The notes beneath the pieces are model-generated. The model saw only the letters and a program-made list of their open reading frames with translations, was not told where the DNA came from and ran no database searches. A DNA stretch of 38,646 bases from a virus. Of this stretch, positions 1-7,368 are shown one piece after another. Positions within the stretch are counted from its first letter, which is position 1; each line of letters opens with the position of its first letter. Made by a program: the position numbers and the translations under genes. The stretch covers positions 1-38,646 of IMG/VR virus record IMGVR_UViG_3300027609_000001, one strand, 5' to 3'.

Positions 1-99
1 TTTTTGGAGAGTTATCAAGCTATCAAGAATCACATTTTGTGAGTTGAAGAAGCTTATAAATGGCGCATATATTTCGCGGACAAGGATCCCATTAACGTA
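1..99. repeat. Terminal direct repeat, identical to 38548..38646. This is the overlap of a circular or terminally redundant genome assembly; unique length 38,547 bp.
   Basis: Base-by-base comparison: tttttggagagttatcaagc...ggatcccattaacgta occurs at both contig ends (99 nt). A minus-strand reading frame is continuous and in phase across the junction. Confidence 0.95.
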
Positions 100-570
100 C
101 ACCTGAGGATTTGCCACAGGACTACCCAATATGGGACCATTGCTTGGATTAACAGCAGTAATATTTACCTTGAAGGTAAAGTCATAGTAGCCGGAAACAG
201 GAGCTGTGTAGCTTGTGCTTGGCGTCAGAATGATGTTGTTATTAGGATCATCAACAATATTGGTAAAATTAAGCTGAGTTCCCAAGGTATAGACAGCGTT
301 GCTGCCATAGTTAACGGTTGCGCGATAGGTAGTAGAAGGGATAAAGTTTGGAACATTCAAGTTAGTTATACATGCATTCGTGAAGTTGGCATTTGTTGAG
401 TTGAGCGAGTTGAAGTAGCCTTGCGCTCCCCACACTTGAGAAGCCTGTAACTTATTAGCTACACATGAGTTGTAAGCATTTGCTTGCTGAAACTGGCCAC
501 AATTTGCATTGAGACACGTTACGCACGCTTTGTCGAGATTGAGTTGATTTGATGGTAATGGACAATTCAT
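1..570 (-). CDS. N-terminal 190 codons of a wrap-around gene (570..1 joined to 38547..38314; 268 aa). Cys-rich fibre or receptor-binding protein with a C1q/TNF-like jelly-roll domain.
   Basis: ATG at 570-568 with AGGAG 7 nt upstream. Hand translation MNCPLPSNQLNLDKACVTCLNANCG... has no stop down to base 1, and codon phase at base 99 matches 38646. C1q-like signatures YTAPVSGYYDFTFKVNI and LITLQKGDLVTMAY. Confidence 0.75.
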   Translation of the reverse strand, partial: MNCPLPSNQLNLDKACVTCLNANCGQFQQANAYNSCVANKLQASQVWGAQGYFNSLNSTNANFTNACITNLNVPNFIPSTTYRATVNYGSNAVYTLGTQLNFTNIVDDPNNNIILTPSTSYTAPVSGYYDFTFKVNITAVNPSNGPILGSPVANPQVYVNGILVREIYAPFISFFNSQNVILDSLITLQK

Positions 571-636
571 AGATGACTCCTAACACGACCGTAGCTGTAC
601 GGCCAACATCCCCGTGAATAGTTTTCCTTATCTCCG

Positions 637-690
637 CCTGCCCGGCGTAGCCTTAACTTTCGTTATCTCTTCGAGGGCGAAGCCTGGGTG
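637..690 (-). repeat. GC-rich intergenic stem-loop element, copy a (upstream of the wrap-around fibre gene)
   Basis: Minus strand reads CACCCAGGCTTCGCCCTCGAAG...AAGGCTACGCCGGGCAGG. The outer stem CCC(A)GGC/GCCGGG encloses the hairpin CTTCG-CCCT-CGAAG. Same architecture as 17451..17483 and 28604..28657. Confidence 0.6.
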
Positions 691-699
691 AATAATATC

Positions 700-1044
700 T
701 TATTCCCGAGATGCTTTTTTACCTAAAGAATCGATATAAGGGCTAGAGTAATAACCTAAACGAGGGTACTCATGATGAACTGCCTGCCGCGGCAAATTGG
801 CCATAGCAGCTTGGTCCTCGCGAACCATACCACCATCCGCCAATTCTTGTCGACGACGAGGATCACATGTCTCTTCAGGATACGGTATAGCCATTAGCTT
901 ACGATCTTCACGCACCAGTTCGTCATTAAATACCTTTGCGTAATTACTGCGCGATTCTGCGCGATTCGGCGCGCGAACCGGCTCATGGTCTTCTCGGGGC
1001 TTCACTCGCCCATAAGTCATGAATATGTCGAGCATCCTAGGCAT
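700..1044 (-). CDS. Hypothetical small protein, paralogue of 1047..1367 (VRED/IHED-x3-MA/IANLP motif family)
   Basis: 114-aa ORF abutting its paralogue. Shared block GMVREDQAAMANLPRQAVHHEYPRLG vs GMIHEDHRAIANLPQEVMIKPYPRTG. A second degenerate copy (ELVREDRKLMAIPYP) lies within the same protein. Confidence 0.6.
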   Translation of the reverse strand: MPRMLDIFMTYGRVKPREDHEPVRAPNRAESRSNYAKVFNDELVREDRKLMAIPYPEETCDPRRRQELADGGMVREDQAAMANLPRQAVHHEYPRLGYYSSPYIDSLGKKASRE

Positions 1045-1046
1045 AG

Positions 1047-1367
1047 TTATACCTTCTTAGGAAGGAAGTTCTTGGCGCGCTGTGAATCATCATGGTCCAT
1101 TTGCTTATCAACGCCACGAATTGTGTCATCGATACCTTCGGGAAGATACGGACCGGTACGAGGATAGGGCTTAATCATGACTTCTTGCGGCAGGTTGGCA
1201 ATGGCACGATGATCTTCGTGGATCATGCCAGCATCTTCCATTTCCATACGGCGACGGCTATCCATACCTGAATAGTAATCATGATGTTTGAAATTTCCGA
1301 TAACTCCGCCATCATCTGAACCGCGAGCGGATGATCCACGTACTGATGAATAATGTCTTTTAGCCAT
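1047..1367 (-). CDS. Hypothetical small protein, paralogue of 700..1044
   Basis: 106-aa ORF with AGGAG upstream of ATG 1367. Motif RRRMEMEDAGMIHEDHRAIANLPQEVMIKPYP. Confidence 0.6.
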   Translation of the reverse strand: MAKRHYSSVRGSSARGSDDGGVIGNFKHHDYYSGMDSRRRMEMEDAGMIHEDHRAIANLPQEVMIKPYPRTGPYLPEGIDDTIRGVDKQMDHDDSQRAKNFLPKKV

Positions 1368-1677
1368 AGGGGCTCCTAGAGTAACTGCAAACCCCTACTT
1401 CGCTAAAGCTTCGTAGGGTTGCAAGGTTGTACCTCTTACCAGGACCATCTCGCGATAGGCGAGTGGATGTAAGTGGATTACCCTTAAGGACCAAATGTGG
1501 ACAATAGCAAGCATCTGTAGACAAGTTGTCGACAGTTTGGAGACAACTGAACTACTCGGAAAACTACTAGGACTCATTTTGTTGTTGCAGTACGTCCTAG
1601 TTAATTTCGGAGTAGACAAACGTAGACATTGTACTAGATTACTTTCCAAGCTGAATCATTGGCAGAGGATTATCTAA

Positions 1678-1983
1678 ATGGAATATAGTCTCAAAGAATC
1701 ATTGTGTTTAATTAGACAACTGAAAACCAATATATGTTTCCTGTCTCAAGGAGATCGAGAGCTCAAGAGAACTCCCTATCGCAAGCGCTTGATTAAGAAT
1801 CTTAAAAGTGCCTTTGAAATAGCAGACGCGCTTGACTCACTATTCTGCACGATGCTTTTCGATGAAGAGGAAATGGAAAGGATCCTTAAGGCTCAGCAAG
1901 AGGAAGAGGATTTCATTACTCAAACCATACAATGTAGTAAGATTCCTTCGCGCAAGCGCTTTGCCAAGGGTCGTATATTATAA
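1678..1983 (+). CDS. Hypothetical protein on the opposite strand, between the portal gene and the downstream minus-strand genes
   Basis: 101-aa ORF with no competing minus-strand ORF. GAGG lies about 10 nt upstream of the ATG. The sequence looks helical and charged. Confidence 0.45.
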   Translation: MEYSLKESLCLIRQLKTNICFLSQGDRELKRTPYRKRLIKNLKSAFEIADALDSLFCTMLFDEEEMERILKAQQEEEDFITQTIQCSKIPSRKRFAKGRIL

Positions 1984-2040
1984 AGCAGCGGTCGTTTTGT
2001 GAGGAAGCGCTACACAAGAGTGCTACGACGCTCATAATAT

Positions 2041-4065
2041 TCATATGATCTGTTGTTCCTGTTGAAGTTTGCCTTCTTCCTTAATCTTCATCATATCGGC
2101 AACTCTAATAAGTGTCTCTATATGGCCAATGTCGATTCCCTCGAGTTCTTTTGCACCCCGTATCAGATCGAGAATTGCCATATAGTGATCTTTTTCAGCA
2201 GCAGCAGAACGCTCTTCTGCCAGCGCCTGGTTCTCTTTGACCCGACTAAGACGTTCGAGACCAAGACCTTGATCGGCGATGGAGCGAGATTTCGCCAATT
2301 CGGTGCGAGCTTCCTGCTCTTTAATCGCGGCTTGCATTTGCATCTGCTGCATCTGTTGCGCCTGTTGCTTCTGGGCGTTAATAGCTTCGAGCAACTTCTT
2401 CTTGTCCTGGATAATAGCAGCATCCAAAAGCGACTCATCAGGTATTGGAACCCCAAGTTCGCGCAATTGCAAGAGCTGAGCGAATTGCATCTGCTTCTGA
2501 GTCGTCGTATTAAAGCCTTCTTCAATGGCGCAGCCATATTTTCCAAACGCCTTCGAATAGAATTGAGGGGCAGGCTGTTGGCCCTCGAGGATCTTTTGCA
2601 CCTTGCCTGGTGTAAAATTAGCCTGAATCAATTGAATCATCAAGTTGCCCAAGAGCTTCTGTGCATGGTCGAGATTATCGAATAATCCCTGAAGGGTGGT
2701 AAGTCCAGCCCCTTGCCTCAACATAGAGAGAATTCCTGCCTTGTCATCGACCGCTGAGCCGAGCAACTCTTCATTGACGCCCGAAATCTCTTGGATTTCC
2801 TGACCCATGATCTTTGATAGCTCAATCATTGATGGTGGCACTTGAGGAGCCTGAATCTGTATAACATCGGTCATATTCGCTTCTTCTTTGAGAGCGAGTC
2901 CTCGGCCCTGTCCCGTCAGTTGCCAGACGTCTTTAGGATTTACCAGAGCGTTCTCTTTATAGATGAAGCCCGAGTTTATTTGAGACTCAAGAATATCGAG
3001 TTCTATAACTTTGCGACGATTATAGAGATACTGCGCATCACGCATACCACGAACAAGACCTTGAACGCGAGTTGGGAAATAGGGAAGCTCTGGAGCATAA
3101 TACGAGAAGACAGGTATAAAGGGGTAGAGATCTGTACCATTAGGATTATTCCCATCGTAGAATACTTTTCCTTGGATAACGATCGCTAATTTAACGGTAG
3201 GAATCTCTTGCTCTAAAAGTACGAGGTTAGGGTACGTCTGCATATAGAACTTGAGCTGGTCGTCATTGCCGCCTCCAGGCCATTCCATAATCTCACCCGT
3301 CTGAGGATCACAGATAACCTTCTGCTTACGGTAATCGCGATACCAGAATTCGTCATAACTCAACAGATTTTTCATGCCATAGTTATAAGATTCCGGCATG
3401 AATTGGAACTTGCCATCTCTACCAGTTCCTGAATCAAGCCCTTGAAGCCCAAGGATCTCGTCAGTTTGACCTGGCAGAAGTGATATTGCCTCACGCTTGG
3501 TCAGGAATGACCGCTTCCATATGGCACGACAATCGGAAAGATCAGTTTTTCGGAAGTAGGGATCGATAAGGAAGCTATTGTAGCTACAGTTATCAACTCG
3601 TATATTCCCCGAAACAGGATCAGTACGATAATCCATCCATACATGGAGCAAGTTCATACCCGTAACGAGCGATCCTTCAAATGCATTAGATATCGATTCA
3701 AGCACATTTTCATGCTGGTTGAGCCACATGAGAATCTTCGTGAACTGATCAGCAGTCTCTGCATCACCATTCTCGATGGGCGTCACAACAGTCGACTTGC
3801 GATTCTTGCGCTGATAGCCCGAGATCATATTGATTACTCGTCTGATTCTATTAAAAGTAAATTGCCTTCTGCGATTAGCAGGTAAATTCCCATAGAGATC
3901 ATTATAGACCGTCTGGTCAAACTGCCAGAATCGGGTGTCCGTATCTGCCTCTCCCCAAAATGACTGGTTAATCGTTATGCTTTCGGCGTAAAACGATTCC
4001 ATCAACGCGAGTATATTGCGATGAGGTTCGTCGTAATATTGGGGCCCAAGTTGGGGGAAGAGCAT
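2041..4065 (-). CDS. Portal protein with a long C-terminal coiled-coil extension
   Basis: 674 aa, next to the terminase. N-terminal pattern NRIRRVINMISGYQRKNRKSTVVTPIENGDAETADQFTKILMW is typical of podovirus portals. The last ~130 aa are Q/E/K-rich heptad-like sequence. GAGGA lies 8 nt upstream of ATG 4065. Confidence 0.75.
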   Translation of the reverse strand: MLFPQLGPQYYDEPHRNILALMESFYAESITINQSFWGEADTDTRFWQFDQTVYNDLYGNLPANRRRQFTFNRIRRVINMISGYQRKNRKSTVVTPIENGDAETADQFTKILMWLNQHENVLESISNAFEGSLVTGMNLLHVWMDYRTDPVSGNIRVDNCSYNSFLIDPYFRKTDLSDCRAIWKRSFLTKREAISLLPGQTDEILGLQGLDSGTGRDGKFQFMPESYNYGMKNLLSYDEFWYRDYRKQKVICDPQTGEIMEWPGGGNDDQLKFYMQTYPNLVLLEQEIPTVKLAIVIQGKVFYDGNNPNGTDLYPFIPVFSYYAPELPYFPTRVQGLVRGMRDAQYLYNRRKVIELDILESQINSGFIYKENALVNPKDVWQLTGQGRGLALKEEANMTDVIQIQAPQVPPSMIELSKIMGQEIQEISGVNEELLGSAVDDKAGILSMLRQGAGLTTLQGLFDNLDHAQKLLGNLMIQLIQANFTPGKVQKILEGQQPAPQFYSKAFGKYGCAIEEGFNTTTQKQMQFAQLLQLRELGVPIPDESLLDAAIIQDKKKLLEAINAQKQQAQQMQQMQMQAAIKEQEARTELAKSRSIADQGLGLERLSRVKENQALAEERSAAAEKDHYMAILDLIRGAKELEGIDIGHIETLIRVADMMKIKEEGKLQQEQQII

Positions 4066-4069
4066 AATA

Positions 4070-4104
4070 GTGTCCTCGAATCAGCGTACTTAAGTCGAGG
4101 ACAC
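4070..4104 (-). promoter_or_regulatory. Perfect 10-bp hairpin whose 3' arm contains the portal Shine-Dalgarno sequence
   Basis: gtgtcctcga (4070-4079) and tcgaggacac (4095-4104) are exact reverse complements with a 15-nt loop. On the minus-strand mRNA the arm UCGAGGACAC ends 4 nt before the portal AUG. Confidence 0.5.
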
Positions 4105-4134
4105 CCTATGCCCCAAATATGGAAATTAGCAAGT

Positions 4135-4188
4135 CTTCGCTTGGCTACGATGGAATTTCAAGAGAAGCGCCAAGCTACGCCGTGCAAG
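4135..4188. repeat. Two tandem copies of the intergenic GCTACG-type core (plus orientation)
   Basis: cttcgcttggctacgatgg (4135-4153) and gaagcgccaagctacgccgtgcaag (4164-4188). GCTTGGC and GCCAAGC can pair. Resembles TTCGCCAAGGCTACGGCGGGCAGG of copy b. Confidence 0.45.
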
Positions 4189-4194
4189 CAATAC

Positions 4195-4611
4195 TTAGTA
4201 GTTTCCGGAATATTCGAACTCTTTTGCCTTCTCTGCCTTCTTCTTATTCTTCTCGTCGAGCAGCTTTTTGATATGCGGATAACGATATCCCACAAGATAG
4301 GCCGAAAGATCGAGCGACAAGGTAGCAAGGAGTGCATCCATATCATCATCTGGGTGGCCCGTCTTGTGGATATTATAGAGCGAATCGAGATGTCGTAGAT
4401 GGTATTGAGGAACAAGTATCGTAAGAGGTATGAGATTGCCAAAGTTGGTAATCCATCCATCCTGTCCCTTAGCTCCAGTTCTGATCTTAGAACGCAGCGT
4501 ATCACAGAGCCAGCACGCGCAGGTCTTGTAGTCATACTTAACTACAGCTGGATTATCTCCCAATTCAGGGAAAACTCCCTTGTTGTTGTTATATTCATAG
4601 GTGTGATTCAT
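4195..4611 (-). CDS. Hypothetical protein (138 aa)
   Basis: Internal ATG at 4611 preceded by GAGGAG. The longer 189-aa ORF would overlap the terminase gene by 83 nt. Confidence 0.5.
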   Translation of the reverse strand: MNHTYEYNNNKGVFPELGDNPAVVKYDYKTCACWLCDTLRSKIRTGAKGQDGWITNFGNLIPLTILVPQYHLRHLDSLYNIHKTGHPDDDMDALLATLSLDLSAYLVGYRYPHIKKLLDEKNKKKAEKAKEFEYSGNY

Positions 4612-4681
4612 GACTCTCCTCAGTAGGAAGACATACACCACTCGCTTAACGCGAGATGGGGTAAGAGTATTACAGATAACA

Positions 4682-6043
4682 TTAATAAGGTGGCAAATCA
4701 TCTCTAAATATCGAAGGCAAATTGGCATTATCTCCGTAGAGCGCGGCGTTTCGGCGTCGCTCAAAATCTTCAGGGCTTTCCCCTCTCCTCAAAAGGTGCA
4801 ACGATATGCACAGATATCGTAGGCAATCAGCCCAATGGGAGGACCAGTCATGCAGTGGCTCATTATGGTAAACCTTATTCTTATGGTCGTATTTTTGACG
4901 GTAGTTTTCGATGGCCTTGAGGAACGATGAGCAGCTGCTGTCTACCCAAATCTTAGCAAGCGAGCTCCGAACAGCTTCAATACCGTCCTCAAGCGTCACC
5001 TTGGGATGACCAGGAGCTATCGTGAACGTGATTCCGAGCTGACGAGCCTTCTCCCAGCGCGTTATACCTGATCCAAACTCTTTAACCCGAATGTCATGAG
5101 GAGCTATATGCTTGCCATAATCATATGGCTTCTGCTTGACCACCTTGATGTAGTGCTCTAATCCAACCTTAGAATTTTCATAGCTGTCAATTATTCTTAC
5201 AGTCTGTCCGATTATCTGTACAAATAGAATCGTAGTCGAATCGGATACTCCCAAGTCCCAAGCAGTATGTACTTCATGCGCAGGTTCCCATGGAACGTCG
5301 CCAATCTGGCCGCGCAGGCGCATACGATCAAGGTACTTGGTGTAATATGCACCTTCGACGCCCATCTCAAAGCTGCAATAATATTCTTGTTGTATTAAAT
5401 CATCGGACATTAACCCTTCTGACTTCTCCTTCTCGATGAAGGAGAGGGGAATATGATTAGTTTGCTCTACCGAGAGTTTGAGACAATACCATTCTGGATT
5501 TGTCCGGGCAATTTCATAGAGCGTAAAGAGGTGATTCTTTCCCCGTGGAGTCGATACAAATAGACTCCAACCATTATTAGCAACCAAAATAGGGCGAAGG
5601 AACTGATAAGCACGAGGATCTTGGATCGCATATTCACTGAATACTACTCCTTGTGGGTTAGTACCAACCAGTGAGTCAACGTTATCACTTCCCACGATTT
5701 GTATCAACGAGCCATTCTTGAGATTGATCTTCATCTCTTGGGAATTGGTGGAATCGATGATCTCCTTGGGAATATATTCAAGGAAGCGCTCGCCCGTGTT
5801 GGTAATTGCATCCCATATGACCATTTTGCCTTGTCGGTAGGTCGGGAATATGTACCAATAAGTGCCCACCTTCTTAAGCGCAGCGCGTATCATGACATTA
5901 AACGCACAGACGTCTTTACCAGCTCGACGGGGCAATATACACAAGACGCGCTTATAACCCTTGTTGAGTATCGCGTCCATGATAGGAATCTGATATTCAC
6001 GAGGCTTAAAGCGGTTGAGATGAACGGTCGTCATTACGGACAT
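4682..6043 (-). CDS. terL: Terminase large subunit
   Basis: Walker-A-like ILPRRAGKDV, Walker-B-like VVFSEYA, nuclease motifs TAWDLGVSDSTTI, HIAPHDI and HWADCLRYL. Start moved to ATG 6043 (GAGG 5 nt upstream); the ORF-track N-terminus MNILRILFTF... looks like a spurious extension. Confidence 0.9.
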   Translation of the reverse strand: MSVMTTVHLNRFKPREYQIPIMDAILNKGYKRVLCILPRRAGKDVCAFNVMIRAALKKVGTYWYIFPTYRQGKMVIWDAITNTGERFLEYIPKEIIDSTNSQEMKINLKNGSLIQIVGSDNVDSLVGTNPQGVVFSEYAIQDPRAYQFLRPILVANNGWSLFVSTPRGKNHLFTLYEIARTNPEWYCLKLSVEQTNHIPLSFIEKEKSEGLMSDDLIQQEYYCSFEMGVEGAYYTKYLDRMRLRGQIGDVPWEPAHEVHTAWDLGVSDSTTILFVQIIGQTVRIIDSYENSKVGLEHYIKVVKQKPYDYGKHIAPHDIRVKEFGSGITRWEKARQLGITFTIAPGHPKVTLEDGIEAVRSSLAKIWVDSSCSSFLKAIENYRQKYDHKNKVYHNEPLHDWSSHWADCLRYLCISLHLLRRGESPEDFERRRNAALYGDNANLPSIFRDDLPPY

Positions 6044-6124
6044 TAAGGCCTCTGTTTGAATACAGAGACCGTAAGCCCATAACGTGATGAAAGTAAATAG
6101 TATTCTAAGTATATTCATATATTA

Positions 6125-6340
6125 TTAATGAGGACGACGCGCTGTTGATTCAGATGCTATTTCGTGTGCCACGAGGCCCTCTCGCTGTTGATTCAATTGT
6201 GAAAAGGTGTAATCTACCAGCACCTTGCCTACTAAAAACAGCACAATAAAGACAGAGATAAGAGATGCTATATGGATAAGGAAGCACCTATAGCTCGTAT
6301 CATGATCACATATTCTTTTTTCAGTACAACAACAGCTCAT
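6125..6340 (-). CDS. Small membrane protein (Cys-rich N-terminus, one TM helix)
   Basis: 71-aa ORF with MSCCCTEKRIC followed by the hydrophobic stretch FLIHIASLISVFIVLFLVGKVLV. Confidence 0.4.
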   Translation of the reverse strand: MSCCCTEKRICDHDTSYRCFLIHIASLISVFIVLFLVGKVLVDYTFSQLNQQREGLVAHEIASESTARRPH

Positions 6341-6374
6341 TATTCCCCCTCCTTATTCTCGAACATACCCGCAG

Positions 6375-6602
6375 TCATCGGTCCCCTCTCAGTGACTCAA
6401 AGGGTTTGTAGCTTTTAGGCTTTTGGAATAAGCGCGCCAAGATATAAATCTCTAAGCACAAATCTTCTAAGTCCTGCTTCTCTTGAGGCTGACTAAAATC
6501 ACTTCCAAGCATCCTTCGAAATGAATTTGAATTTTCAAGAAGGATATTAACTGCTTCTTCATACGATATGTCATTTAAATTGTGCTTTTTGAACATACTC
6601 AT
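6375..6602 (-). CDS. Hypothetical protein
   Basis: 75-aa ORF in the same-strand gene array. Confidence 0.4.
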   Translation of the reverse strand: MSMFKKHNLNDISYEEAVNILLENSNSFRRMLGSDFSQPQEKQDLEDLCLEIYILARLFQKPKSYKPFESLRGDR

Positions 6603-6605
6603 TCC

Positions 6606-7061
6606 TTATTCTCGGACTTTTCGATACGACCATTCTTGGTTAGGGAGCGTGATGCTTTCGAACTTGTCGATAATCGCCTTCTCAATAACCGCTGCGACTC
6701 CCTTATCAATGGGATGGAACATACTGAACTGCGACTTGCCCATCTTGCGTTGCGGATAGACCACATAGTACACGCCATCAGGAGCCACCATAATAGCGAT
6801 AGATCCGAGATATATGGCGTTATTAATTACCAAACTGGCAAATCCTACAAGACCATCCTTCTCGCGAATTGGTATAACACGCACGCCTGATATATCGACC
6901 GACTTGTGCGCCGATTCGTCCGCCGAAGCTTTAGCGTAGGAGGAAGCTTCATAATCCCTGAGAGTCTTTTCGGCTTGTGGTTGGCCTGGAGGAGCTTCTG
7001 TTAAAGTACTCTTCTGTATCGTGCGGAGTTGTGGCATCAGTAAATATTTCAGCAAGGGCAT
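6606..7061 (-). CDS. SpoVG-like domain protein (start uncertain)
   Basis: The C-terminal ~85 aa GVRVIPIREKDGLVGFASLVINNAIYLGSIAIMVAPDGVYYVVYPQRKMGKSQFSMFHPIDKGVAAVIEKAI follow the SpoVG pattern (V.R...DG...A.AS......V..I.V..G..G....P.R......F.DI.HPI). The annotated start overlaps the upstream gene by 113 nt. Confidence 0.5.
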   Translation of the reverse strand: MPLLKYLLMPQLRTIQKSTLTEAPPGQPQAEKTLRDYEASSYAKASADESAHKSVDISGVRVIPIREKDGLVGFASLVINNAIYLGSIAIMVAPDGVYYVVYPQRKMGKSQFSMFHPIDKGVAAVIEKAIIDKFESITLPNQEWSYRKVRE

Positions 7062-7368
7062 ATTGAGCCTCCGTCACTAAGGTTACTAAGTGTTTATATG
7101 GTTCCTGCTCATGGTCAGGCTTATTGCGCAATTGTCTTAATCTATCAGTAACTTCGCGTATTTTGGCCCATTCGTAGACCGCTCTTCTGAGATCTTCACA
7201 AGTTTTAAGGGAGATGAAGAGAATCTTCCCCTGGCGTCGTTGCTTAAGTTCGCGTTCGTATGCTTGCAGTCCTACTACAATGCGCTCAAGGTTGTGCTCA
7301 TCGAATCCCTCAAGTATCTGCTCAATAGGAATCTCAGGTATCGGTGGTGGCGGAAGTACTTTAGGCAT
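6949..7368 (-). CDS. Hypothetical protein (139 aa)
   Basis: ATG 7368 is preceded by GAGGAGG 6 nt upstream and overlaps the stop of the upstream ORF by 8 nt. Confidence 0.5.
   Translation of the reverse strand: MPKVLPPPPIPEIPIEQILEGFDEHNLERIVVGLQAYERELKQRRQGKILFISLKTCEDLRRAVYEWAKIREVTDRLRQLRNKPDHEQEPYKHLVTLVTEAQYALAEIFTDATTPHDTEEYFNRSSSRPTTSRKDSQGL

Noticed and set aside
2053-2685. 210-aa plus-strand ORF and other ORFs overlapping the portal 3' end.
   Set aside because: They are Leu-rich antisense frames of the Q/E/K-rich coiled-coil region of the portal, with no RBS.
6044-6118. Hydrophobic, signal-peptide-like N-terminal extension of the terminase ORF (MNILRILFTFITLWAYGLCIQ).
   Set aside because: An internal ATG at 6043 has a proper GAGG SD and gives a normal terminase N-terminus. 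A secreted terminase makes no biological sense.
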